The notes beneath the pieces are model-generated. The model was not told the origin of the DNA, ran no database searches, and saw only the letters and a program-made list of their open reading frames with translations. Below are positions 34,436 to 43,526 of a DNA stretch of 64,000 nucleotides, piece by piece. The translations under genes were made by a program, and so were the position numbers. The stretch is taken from the NCBI GenBank assembly GCA_038231275.1, contig JBBRLQ010000010.1:1-64000 (forward strand), written 5' to 3'. Positions within the stretch are counted from its first letter, which is position 1. Every line of letters begins with the position of its first letter. This stretch comes from Polyangiales bacterium (lineage in GTDB: Bacteria > Myxococcota_A > Polyangia > Polyangiales > Polyangiaceae).

Positions 34436-35334
34436 TGTGGCTGCCCGACGACGTGCTCGATCACGTGCGCGAGGTCGCCGACGCGCCGGATCTCTCGGCG
34501 ACGAAGTACCGCATGGTGGGACCGCTGGGGCGCGGCGGAATGGGCGCGGTCTACGCGGTCGTCGACGAGGCGCTGGGCCGCGAGGTGGCGCTCAAGGTGT
34601 CGTTCGCGCCGGCATGGTCGACCGAGACGACCGAGCGCGTGCGACGCGAAGCCAGGATCCTCGCGCGCTTGGAGCACCCGGGGATCGTGCCGGTGCACGA
34701 CGTCGGAACGTTGCCCGACGGCCGCGTCTACTACGTGATGAAACGCGTGCGCGGCGAGCGGCTCGACGCCTGGGCAAAGGTCAACCTCGACGTGCGCGCG
34801 CAGCTGCGGCTCTTCATGCGCATCTGCGAGGCGGTCGCCCTCGCGCATGCTGAGGGGATCGTGCACCGCGATCTAAAGCCGGAGAACGTGATGGTCGGTG
34901 CGTTCGGGGAGGCGCTCGTCATGGATTGGGGCGTCGCGAAGGAGCTAGATGACGCCGAGCCGGACGGCGCGGTGCTTGGCACGCGCGCGTACATGGCGCC
35001 CGAGCAAGCGCGCGGCGAGGCGTCGAGGACGGGGGCGTGGTCCGACGTCTATTCACTCGGCGCGGTGCTGAAGTTTCTCCTCGCCGCTCCCGCGCCGCCG
35101 CCGCTCGCCTCGATTTGCCGCAAGGCGATGGAGCCCACGCCCGAGGCGCGGTACCCGTCGGCGGTCGCGCTCGCCGACGACGTGAGGCGGTTCACCGACG
35201 GTGAGCCGGTGCACGCGCATCGCGAGGGAGTCGGTGAACGCCTGGCTCGATTTGCAGCTAAAAACGCGGTGGTTCTCTCACTGCTCGCGGCCTACCTGCT
35301 CTTGCGGGTGCTGCTCGTCGCGTTCTCGCGTTGA
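34435..35334 (+). CDS. Ser/Thr protein kinase with a C-terminal TM
   Basis: GRGGMGAVY, VALK, HPGIV, HRDLKPEN, DWG, GT..YMAPE; TGATG coupling to the ECF gene. Confidence 0.93.
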   Translation: MWLPDDVLDHVREVADAPDLSATKYRMVGPLGRGGMGAVYAVVDEALGREVALKVSFAPAWSTETTERVRREARILARLEHPGIVPVHDVGTLPDGRVYYVMKRVRGERLDAWAKVNLDVRAQLRLFMRICEAVALAHAEGIVHRDLKPENVMVGAFGEALVMDWGVAKELDDAEPDGAVLGTRAYMAPEQARGEASRTGAWSDVYSLGAVLKFLLAAPAPPPLASICRKAMEPTPEARYPSAVALADDVRRFTDGEPVHAHREGVGERLARFAAKNAVVLSLLAAYLLLRVLLVAFSR

Positions 35335-35341
35335 GCGATCT

Positions 35342-38230
35342 TCAATCGTCGTCGTCGTCGCCGTCGTCGGACCTGCGCGACAAGAGGGGCGGCGTCTCCG
35401 ACACGCATCCGGCCGCGCGCACGCCGAGGCCGCACGCGAGCTGACGGTTCCAGAGCTCGGTCGGCAGCGTGTCCTCGTGGCGGAAGTCCATGCCGCGCGT
35501 CAGCAGCCCCCAGCTCGCCGCGTCGCCCCGCGCGCGCGCCGTCGCCTCGCCGGGTCCCGGAGGCGGCAGCGGCAAGCGCGACGTACGGAGCACCGCCGGC
35601 ACGATGGCAGCGATCGGCGCGAGGTTCGCGTTCACGTCGAACGCTTCCTCGATCGGCCGCGCCGTCGCGTCCTGCTGGCCGAGCGGCGGCAAGCCAAGGA
35701 GGAGCCCGATCGTCCGCAGCACACTGGGCGTCGTGTACGGCGTCGACACCACCGCCCCGCCGCGCTTCACGTGCCCGCCCGCGAAGAGGACGAAGCTCCG
35801 GTGCGCGTCGACGTGATCGGCGCCGTTCTGCGCGTCGTCTTCGAGCTTCACGATGACCGTGCTCTCCCAGAACGGGCTCCGCGAGATCTTCTCGACGAGC
35901 CGCCCGAGCGCGTAGTCGTGATCGGCGATCTGATGATCGGGCGTACCGAGTCCGTCCTCTGCGTGATCGAAGTGTCCGAGGTGATCGTGCGGCAGGCGAA
36001 CGAGCGACAGCGTCGGCAGCTCCCCCTTCGCGACGAGCTCGTCGAAGTCGCGCTCCCACGCCATCTCGCGCCAGTAGTCCGCGAACGTCATATCGAAGCC
36101 GCGGTAGTACGGATCGGTCCGATCGAGCAGCGCGCGCGCCGTCGGGAAGGCCACGCGCGTCTTCGACTCCCACGGCGTCGGGAGCGGCGGCACCTTGGCG
36201 GGATCGGCGTCGGGCAGGCCGTACCGGAAGTCCTCGCAGAAGACGCCGTAGTTGCGCACCGTGCGGCCCGCCGCGAGCGCCGCGTCCCACAAGAATCCAC
36301 GACCGCCGACGTCGGGCCCGTCGATCGCGCCGACGTCCGCGGTGCCGGGGAGGAGATCGGGATCGTCGGGCGTCTTCGGGTTCCACGCCTTGCGCTGCGC
36401 GACCGACGAGAGGCCGACGTTGATGCCGCGGTTGCCGCCCTCCCAGTCGTAGCTGTGCACGCCGCGCCCCGCGTACTCGACGGGGATCGCTTTCTCGGCG
36501 ACGTCGGTCGACCGGCCGCCGACGCTCCACTGCCAGCCGTCGCCGGACACGCCGCCGGAGTCGAAGAAGCGATCGAGCGTCACGAACGTGCGCGCGAGCT
36601 GGTGGTGGTTCGGGGTGATCGCCTCTCCCCAGAGCACAAGCTTCGGATCGCCGTCGGCGCCGCGAACGTCGCCGAGGATCTGATCGTAGGTCCGGTTCTC
36701 GCCGATGACATAGACCACGTGCTTCACGCGTCCGAGGAGCGCCGCGAAGACGCTGGGCGGTCGCTCGATGTCGTCGGCGACGACGAAGCGATTGTTCGCG
36801 AGCGCCTGCGTCGTGAGCGTGTCGAGGGTCGCGCCCTTCGGAACGGGGAACGATACGAGCCCACCGTGCGTGAGCTGCGGCGCGTACTGGTTCTTGGTTC
36901 CGGGATCGGAGCTGCTGTAGCCGCGGGCGCGATCGGACCACGGGCCGCCGGGGTTCGGGCCGGTCGGGCTCTTGCCGTGCGCGACGAAGAGCCGGTCGCC
37001 GCTGCCCGAGACGCTCACGGCGTTCGGGTAAAATCCGGTCGGCACGAGGCCGGCGACCTCGCCCCGATCGCCGTCGAGCCGGACGATCGCGAGCGTGTTG
37101 TTCCCTCCGTTGGTGACGTAGAGGGTCTTCTCGTCGGGCGAGAGCGCCACCGAGTTCGGGTTCGATCCGCGTAAGAGGAGCGCGGTTTTGGGCGCGCTCA
37201 TGGCGGCCGCGGTGCCGATCTCGCCGACGACCTTGCCGGCGGCGACGTCGATCACGCTGACGGTGTCGCTGTTCGCGTTGGCGACGTAGACGCGCGTCTC
37301 GCGTGCGTTGGCCACGAGCTTCGTCGGCTGGCCGCCCACCTTGATCCTGCGCGTGACCCTCGCCGCGGCGAGATCGATCTCCACGACCTCGCGATCGCGC
37401 TGGCACGCCACGAGCGCGCGCGTCTCGCCGAGGGCCACGATGCCCGCGGGAAATTCCCCGCCCGTGGCGCCCCCGCCAGGCGCGAGGCGAACCTCGGCGA
37501 TCACCGCGCGCGTGGCGGCATCGACGATCGAGACCGTGTCGTTCTCGTGGTTGGCGACGAGGACGCGGGCGCCGCTCCGCGTGACCGCGAGACCGCCGGC
37601 GTAGGGGCCTTGATGGATTCCGAGCCCGTGCGTGTGCCCAAGCGCGATCGGCTCCCCGCGCGCCGTGAATCGTCCGGCGGCGTCACGCGCGAGCTCGTGG
37701 AGGGCATCGTCGGAGCCCCCGCTCACCCATACGCGGGCCCCATCGGGCGAGAAGGCGATTCCTCCGAACGCGTTCGGGATCGGTACCACGTGGGTCTCGC
37801 GCGGCGCGCCGCCGGGGCCGTCGTAGATGCAGACGGACTCGCGCGAGCCGTCCTCCAGCTGCTTTCCCTCGGCGTCGAAGGTCAGGTTGTAGCCGCTCGT
37901 GAGCACGGCGAGCGTTCGCGTGTCGGGCGAGAGCGCGGTCGCGACGGCGTTGCCCGCGCGAAACGCGGGCGCGCGCGCCAGGTGAGGGTCGAGCTCGAAG
38001 ACGCTGGAGCCAGGCGCGGCGTCGGGGGTCATCGACGCCCCCGTCGGAAGGCCCACGATGTCGGTCCCGAAGAGCGACCCCTTGGCCGCGACCTGACCCG
38101 GCGCAAGGTCGCGCGCACGGTAGCGCGCGCCGTTGGGCACCCGCGCCGGCACCGCCCCCATCCCGCACGCCGCGAGCACCCCGGAGAGCGTCGCCCAGCG
38201 CGTCACCCAGCCGATTGCACCCCGCGCCAT
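35342..38230 (-). CDS. YVTN/YncE beta-propeller fused to a phosphoesterase (alkaline phosphatase-like) domain
   Basis: YVANANSDTVSVID repeats; KHVVYVIGENRTYDQ, SGDGWQWS, LPHDH, EDDAQNGADHVDAHRS. Confidence 0.88.
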   Translation of the reverse strand: MARGAIGWVTRWATLSGVLAACGMGAVPARVPNGARYRARDLAPGQVAAKGSLFGTDIVGLPTGASMTPDAAPGSSVFELDPHLARAPAFRAGNAVATALSPDTRTLAVLTSGYNLTFDAEGKQLEDGSRESVCIYDGPGGAPRETHVVPIPNAFGGIAFSPDGARVWVSGGSDDALHELARDAAGRFTARGEPIALGHTHGLGIHQGPYAGGLAVTRSGARVLVANHENDTVSIVDAATRAVIAEVRLAPGGGATGGEFPAGIVALGETRALVACQRDREVVEIDLAAARVTRRIKVGGQPTKLVANARETRVYVANANSDTVSVIDVAAGKVVGEIGTAAAMSAPKTALLLRGSNPNSVALSPDEKTLYVTNGGNNTLAIVRLDGDRGEVAGLVPTGFYPNAVSVSGSGDRLFVAHGKSPTGPNPGGPWSDRARGYSSSDPGTKNQYAPQLTHGGLVSFPVPKGATLDTLTTQALANNRFVVADDIERPPSVFAALLGRVKHVVYVIGENRTYDQILGDVRGADGDPKLVLWGEAITPNHHQLARTFVTLDRFFDSGGVSGDGWQWSVGGRSTDVAEKAIPVEYAGRGVHSYDWEGGNRGINVGLSSVAQRKAWNPKTPDDPDLLPGTADVGAIDGPDVGGRGFLWDAALAAGRTVRNYGVFCEDFRYGLPDADPAKVPPLPTPWESKTRVAFPTARALLDRTDPYYRGFDMTFADYWREMAWERDFDELVAKGELPTLSLVRLPHDHLGHFDHAEDGLGTPDHQIADHDYALGRLVEKISRSPFWESTVIVKLEDDAQNGADHVDAHRSFVLFAGGHVKRGGAVVSTPYTTPSVLRTIGLLLGLPPLGQQDATARPIEEAFDVNANLAPIAAIVPAVLRTSRLPLPPPGPGEATARARGDAASWGLLTRGMDFRHEDTLPTELWNRQLACGLGVRAAGCVSETPPLLSRRSDDGDDDDD

Positions 38231-38392
38231 CGCTCGCAGCCTACCCGGCAACGCTGCGGGTCGGCCTCTGGAAATTGCTCATGAGATCAATGAAATCGAT
38301 CCATTTAGACTGATCATACAATCAGCAGTGTGAAACTGTTGCCACAGCCGTTCCTTGACCGGCGTTGGGGCCTCGTGTATCCGAGAAGCGGC

Positions 38393-38677
38393 ATGGGAAT
38401 CAGTCGGTTCACCTGGTCGCAGATTCGGCAGACGGAGGAGTTCCGCGGGCGCTGGGTCGCACTCGACAACTGCAAGTACGACGCGCGGACCGCCCAGCCG
38501 GTAGAGGGCAGCGTTGTCGACTCGGACGAGGATCTCGTCGAGCTTTGCAGCCGCATCCAGGACGGCCAAAGCCGCCACTGCGCGATCGTCTTCTGCGACG
38601 ACGCCGCCGAGGTCGATCCCCCCTCCTCCCGCCCCCCGAGCGTCCGGCCGCCGGTCGATCGCCCGTACACGCACTAA
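38393..38677 (+). CDS. Small hypothetical protein
   Basis: FRGRWVAL...VVDSDEDL; upstream TTGACC-17bp-TATCCG. Confidence 0.65.
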   Translation: MGISRFTWSQIRQTEEFRGRWVALDNCKYDARTAQPVEGSVVDSDEDLVELCSRIQDGQSRHCAIVFCDDAAEVDPPSSRPPSVRPPVDRPYTH

Positions 38678-38813
38678 GCGCGGCGCGCTTAGTTTGACGG
38701 TCGTGTGGGGCCTCCGGCCCCTCCACCACTTCGTGGCAGAGGCCTCCCCCGATCGCCTGCGGCGAAGGCGTGCCGGGCACGCCGGCGTGCTTGAGAGGTT
38801 ATTTCTTGAGGGG

Positions 38814-40052
38814 TTACTTAACGACGGGGCGCAGGATGGTTTTGCCGTCTTTGACGGTGACCTCGAAGTCGACCTTCTTGCCGCCGTGCTTCTCTTTGAG
38901 CTTCTCGCTCGATTCGCGGAGGTTCTTGGAGAGCGACTCGTAGGACAGGCCGGCGGTCGACTCCTTCTGCGCGCGCTTCGTCTCGACGTACTGTGAGTAG
39001 AGCTGGCGTAGGCGCTGCTCGGAGAGGTCCCCCGGCTTCGGCGCGGGCCTCGGCTCCGGGGGCTTCGCGCCGTTCGGGCCCGGACGCGTGCTCTTGCGGG
39101 TCGGCCGGGCTGCGCCGTCTCTTGGTGGCGGCGGCGTGCTCCTTCGCTTCGTGGTGGCCGGCTGGGGGGGAGGAGCGGCATGAGCGGCAGGAGCGGCAGG
39201 AGCGGCTGGAGCGGCTGGAGCCGGGGCCGCGGCAACTGCAGGTGCTGCAGGCGCGAGTCTCGGGACGGACGCTGGCGCGACCGCCGCCGGAAAGAGCGGC
39301 ATCCTCGCGGGGCGCGGCGGCGTGGCAGCGGGCGGAAGCATGGCCTTCGCGTCCGTCCGCGAGAGGTGCCTCTGCGACGGACGCTCCTCGATCGGCCCCG
39401 GCGGCGCCTCGTACGGGATCCCCAGGTCCGGCGGATCGAGGCTCATGAACCGCCGCGACTCGGTGGGCCGCGGGATGTCTGGCATGTCGAAGTCCGGCGG
39501 CGCTGCGGGCCGCAGCGTGTCCGGCGCGTCCGCGTCGAGATCCGAGCCTCCCATGAGATCGTCGAGGTTGGCGTCTTCGCTCATCAGATCGTCGAGATCG
39601 ACGTCGATCTCGATCTCTTTCGCCGCGCCGCGCCGCTGTGCACCGGTGCCGAAGCGCTCGTTCGCGCGCCGCACGTCGCGCTTGTACGTACCTTCCTCGA
39701 TCTGCCGCACGATGCGCGCCCAGTACGACTGGTACGTGTTGTACCGCTGCAGCGTGTTCTGGAACTTGAAGCGCAGCGCCGTGTTCCGGATCTGGACCTT
39801 GCGCAGCTCCTGAAGGCGCCGCTCGACGTCCTTGATCTGGACGTGAGGCATCAGCTTCTCGATCCCCATGAAGTACATGTCGTACGCGGCGCGCAGGCGG
39901 TCGACGCGCTGCTCGAGCTCGGTCACCAGCGTCTCGAGATCTTCCTGCTGCTCTTTCTGAGCCCGCTGGCGCGCTTGCCGAGTGCCGGGCTTCGTGTTGC
40001 CGGGCTTGGTGGTGCCGGGCCTCGTCTGGTTGCTGGTCTTCGGCTCGGCCAC
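38814..40052 (-). CDS. MXAN_5187 C-terminal domain-containing protein
   Basis: N-terminal helical domain (YDMYFMGIEK..P, RNTALRFKF), Pro/Ala linker, C-terminal LYSQYV...KHGGKKVDFEVTVKDGKTILRP. Confidence 0.75.
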   Translation of the reverse strand: MAEPKTSNQTRPGTTKPGNTKPGTRQARQRAQKEQQEDLETLVTELEQRVDRLRAAYDMYFMGIEKLMPHVQIKDVERRLQELRKVQIRNTALRFKFQNTLQRYNTYQSYWARIVRQIEEGTYKRDVRRANERFGTGAQRRGAAKEIEIDVDLDDLMSEDANLDDLMGGSDLDADAPDTLRPAAPPDFDMPDIPRPTESRRFMSLDPPDLGIPYEAPPGPIEERPSQRHLSRTDAKAMLPPAATPPRPARMPLFPAAVAPASVPRLAPAAPAVAAAPAPAAPAAPAAPAAHAAPPPQPATTKRRSTPPPPRDGAARPTRKSTRPGPNGAKPPEPRPAPKPGDLSEQRLRQLYSQYVETKRAQKESTAGLSYESLSKNLRESSEKLKEKHGGKKVDFEVTVKDGKTILRPVVK

Positions 40053-40086
40053 GGCCTCCCCAGTCTACCCCCTCGGATCGCCAAGA

Positions 40087-40189
40087 GCAGAAGTCGTTTG
40101 ACCGTCGCGGTCAAACGACTGGCGCGACCCACCAGTGGCCGCAGAAGTCGTTTGAGCGTCGCGGTCAAACGACTGGCGCGACCCACCAG
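40087..40189. repeat. Two 49-bp direct repeats (54-bp period), each containing a 13-bp-arm palindrome
   Basis: GCAGA-AGTCGTTTGACCG-TCG-CGGTCAAACGACT-GGCGCGACCCACCAG at 40087 and 40141 (one mismatch). Confidence 0.9.
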
Positions 40190-40192
40190 GGG

Positions 40193-41194
40193 CTAGAGAG
40201 GCGTGATCTTCACGTTGTCGAAGCAGACCTTGACCTGCCACTCGTTGAAGCCGAAGTGGTCGTGGCCCATGCCGGTGAGCGGGCTCGCGTCGGCGAAGGT
40301 CAGGTACTCGAGGTCGTCCACGTAGAATTTCACGGTCTTGCCATCGGTCCGCTCGACCTTCACGTGGTACTGCTGGCCGCGCACGACGGGCTTCTGGCGC
40401 GGGTCGTCGCTCGTCGGATCGACCTTGATTTCCTTGCGATCGTCGCCGTGTTCGTTGATCCGCGCGAGCACGTGGAACTTGTTCTTCCAGCCGCCAAAGA
40501 TGGCCAGGTACGAGGTCGCGTTCGTGTACGACGTGCTCGTCGCCGCGGAGACGCCGTCGCCCCAGATCTCGGATTTCAGGTCCCCCTCCTCCGAGTAGGT
40601 GATGGCGTCGTACTCGACGCGCGCGTTCACCGGGAGGGTGCGCTTCAGCCAGATGCCGTGATTCTTCGCGTTCTGGCCGCAGAGCTTCCCGTTCTCGACG
40701 CGCCACGCGTGGAGGACCGGGGAGGTGACCATCCAGTCGGGGCCGACCGGCTCGGCTTCGGCATTGACGACCGGACCGGTGTCGGCCACGGCGATCGCGG
40801 CGCCCGCTTCGGTCATGGCGTCGGTGCGTGCGTCGGAGCCGCGCGCGGCGTCGGTCACGTGGGCGGCGTCGGTCGCGGCGTCCCCGAGGGCGATGAAGGT
40901 CGGCGTCAGGGTGCCGTTCGCGCCGCCGTCGCCGGTGTTCGCGCCGAACGGCGTGTTCGGACGGTCGAAATTGTCGGAGAAGGGAGCGGTCATCACGTTC
41001 ACGGACGCACGGACGGTCGAGGTCGGCGTCGCCGACGCGCTGGGCGGGCCGGAGTCGGTCGGGGTGCTGTTCCCGGGCGGAACGCAGGCCGCTCCAAGGA
41101 CGGGGCAGAGCCAGCCGATGCGGGCGAGCCGCCCGAAAAGCGAGCGGCGGAAGGGAGGGGCGGACGAGGACCGGGACCGGGCGTTCACGGCCAC
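40193..41194 (-). CDS. Lipoprotein with a concanavalin/lectin-like beta-sandwich
   Basis: Lipobox-like GAAC; low-complexity DA-rich linker; FSDNFDR, WRVENG, YHVKVER and FDNVKIT. Confidence 0.7.
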   Translation of the reverse strand: MAVNARSRSSSAPPFRRSLFGRLARIGWLCPVLGAACVPPGNSTPTDSGPPSASATPTSTVRASVNVMTAPFSDNFDRPNTPFGANTGDGGANGTLTPTFIALGDAATDAAHVTDAARGSDARTDAMTEAGAAIAVADTGPVVNAEAEPVGPDWMVTSPVLHAWRVENGKLCGQNAKNHGIWLKRTLPVNARVEYDAITYSEEGDLKSEIWGDGVSAATSTSYTNATSYLAIFGGWKNKFHVLARINEHGDDRKEIKVDPTSDDPRQKPVVRGQQYHVKVERTDGKTVKFYVDDLEYLTFADASPLTGMGHDHFGFNEWQVKVCFDNVKITPL

Positions 41195-41247
41195 TTTTTA
41201 GCACGACGTGCGATTGTCGCGGCTTTTGTGTAAGAACGTCCCTGGCC

Positions 41248-42765
41248 ATGCACCCCATCCTGCTCCGCATCCCATTGCCCCACCGGCCGCTCAAGATCTG
41301 GTGGGCGCTCGTCGCGTTCTCCGTCATCGCTCTGCTCTACGGCGCGTGGTCGCAGCGGAAGCAGGACAAGCAAGGCGCGCTCGGCGCGATCCTGGTGGGC
41401 ATCGCGGCCGCCGCGGGCGCCTGGTACTTCCGAGACAAGACCTACGAGGCGGAGTTCGTTCCCATCTACTCGTACGGCGTCATGCTCGGCCTCTCGCTCG
41501 TCGTGGGCTGGTACTTGACGCTGACGCTGGCGGATCGCGACGGCTTGCCCAAGGAGACGATGGCCAACTGCTACGTCTTCACCGCGGTAGCCGCCATCAT
41601 CGGCTCGCGCATCCTCTACATCGCCACGAACCTCGACGAGTTCAAGACGTTCTCCGACGTCTTCGCGCTGCGCCGCGGCGGGCTCGTGGCGTACGGCGGC
41701 TTCCTCGGCGGCTACGTCGGCAGCTGGATGTACCTCTCGCGAAACCGCATCCGCCTCATGCCGTGGGCCGACGTCGCGGTGCCGAGCCTCGCGGCGGGCC
41801 TCCTCGTTACGCGCATCGGCTGCTACCTCTTCGGCTGCGACTTCGGCACGACGCTCGGCAAGGACGCGCCGATGTGGCTGCAGAAGCTCGGCACCTTCCC
41901 GCACTGGCCCGACACGACGCTCGACAGCGGACAAGGCTCGCCGGCGTACGTGCGCCACCTCGTCACGCACCACGACAAGGCGCTCGCGTTGAACTCGTCG
42001 TTGCCCGTGCACCCGACGCAGATCTACGAGTCGCTCTGCGGCCTGCTGCTCCTCGTCATCCTGCTCATGCAGCGGAAGAACCAGAAGTTCCGCGGCCAGA
42101 TCTTCTTCCTCTTCGTGTTCGGGTACGGCGTCCTCCGCTTCCTGCTCGAGGTCATCCGCGACGACGAGGAGCGCGGCACGTACGGGCCGGTGATGGCGCA
42201 GCACGTCCTCATCCCTGGCGCGCTGCTCCTCATGGCGCTCGGCTTCACGTTCGGAATCGCGCTCGGCATCCAGAACGAGCGCGTCCGCACGGCGGCGCGC
42301 GTCCTCGCGCTCCTCACGCCGCTCGCCGCGTTCTTCCTCTTGAAGCCCGCGAGCTTTGGCGAGACCACCACCGTGCAGCTCTCGACGAGCCAGTGGATCG
42401 GGCTCCTCACAGCGCTCGCCGTCTCGTTCTTCTACGCGAGGTTCTGGGAAGAGGCGCGCAAGAACCCGAAGGCCGCGATGAGCCTCGGCCTCCCCGAGTC
42501 GGTCGCCGAGAAGGTGCGCGCCGAGCGTGAGGACGACGAGGAAGAAGAAGAAGAGGCAGAAGAGGACGAGAAGGAAGCGGAGACCGCGAAGGACGCCGAC
42601 GCGTCGTCCGACGACCTCGAGAAGAAACGCAAGACGAAGACCTTGGCCGAAGCGCCGAGCGCGAAGCGCGAAAAGAAGCTCGTCGGCAAGGACAAGAAGG
42701 CCGAGCCCAAGGCCGACGCAGAAGAAGACGACGCGCCGGCGGGCGCGGAGCCCGAGAAGACGTAG
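41248..42765 (+). CDS. lgt: Prolipoprotein diacylglyceryl transferase with an extended C-terminus
   Basis: MHPIL, SYGVM, IGSRILY, GGLVAYGG, RIGCYLFGC, HPTQIYES, RFLLE.IR.D. Confidence 0.93.
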   Translation: MHPILLRIPLPHRPLKIWWALVAFSVIALLYGAWSQRKQDKQGALGAILVGIAAAAGAWYFRDKTYEAEFVPIYSYGVMLGLSLVVGWYLTLTLADRDGLPKETMANCYVFTAVAAIIGSRILYIATNLDEFKTFSDVFALRRGGLVAYGGFLGGYVGSWMYLSRNRIRLMPWADVAVPSLAAGLLVTRIGCYLFGCDFGTTLGKDAPMWLQKLGTFPHWPDTTLDSGQGSPAYVRHLVTHHDKALALNSSLPVHPTQIYESLCGLLLLVILLMQRKNQKFRGQIFFLFVFGYGVLRFLLEVIRDDEERGTYGPVMAQHVLIPGALLLMALGFTFGIALGIQNERVRTAARVLALLTPLAAFFLLKPASFGETTTVQLSTSQWIGLLTALAVSFFYARFWEEARKNPKAAMSLGLPESVAEKVRAEREDDEEEEEEAEEDEKEAETAKDADASSDDLEKKRKTKTLAEAPSAKREKKLVGKDKKAEPKADAEEDDAPAGAEPEKT

Positions 42766-42771
42766 CGGATT

Positions 42772-43241
42772 TCAGCCTCGGGCGTCGGCGGCGTCGCCTG
42801 CGTCTGCAGCATCGCGCGGCGCGTCGACGGGCGCGTGGCGATCTGGAAGCCGGAGCACGTCTTGTCGCCGCTGCAGCTCGAAAAGTTCGTGCCGCACCCC
42901 TGCGTGTTGCCGGCCCACTCGCACTGCGTGCACGTCAGCGAGCCGAGCGGACCGAACACCTTGTCGCACGAGCACGTCGTCCCGCGCCACCCGGAGATCC
43001 CGAGCACGCACTCTCGGCACGTGTCGCTCACGCCCTCGACGCGCGCGACGCACTCCGAGATGCACGCCGCCGCGTCTTTGGCGCCGCACGGATGCCCTTT
43101 GCTCGGCGAGCACGGCGAGCGACAGTAGTCGGCGGCGGTGGGCGGTGCCGCCGGGCCCGTCGACCGCACCGTGCACGCGGTGACCAACGCGATCGCACAC
43201 GCACCCACCGCAACTCCCCGCCCGACCCGCTTGGTTCGCAT
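42772..43241 (-). pseudogene. Cys-rich lipoprotein with a probable frameshift near 42840
   Basis: Lipobox VTAC and many Cys in one frame. The typical DAADAGDA tail and the stop at 42772 lie in another frame; the first frame otherwise runs 330 bp into lgt. Confidence 0.5.
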
Positions 43242-43526
43242 GCACCTCCGGCGTGCACCAACTATACCGATCGGGATATCGCTCGCTTGCGCGTGTCGAA
43301 CCCTCCTCCGTCGCATCATTCTCTTCGCACCCGCCGCGCGCGGTTCGCACCCGAGCCGTACGCCCCCCGAAAATGTCGTCCAACAACTCGAATTGTAGAG
43401 TGGGGATTTGTAGTAAAAATCAGGCGGTTGGCGGGCGCGATGCAGGTGTCTATCGTTAGACAACGGGTCGTCGGCGGTGCATCCAATAATGCGCGGCGGA
43501 CGAATCCACCCACGGAGGAGGCCAAC

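Noticed and set aside
39172..39225. 9-bp tandem repeats (also near 59997-60027)
   Set aside because: In-frame low-complexity APA/PVA linkers
40087..40189. CRISPR array
   Set aside because: Only two copies, the 5-bp gap is not a spacer, and there are no cas genes in the window
43380..43526. Cobalamin or SAM riboswitch before the B12-rSAM gene
   Set aside because: I could not see the B12-box or SAM-I core motifs
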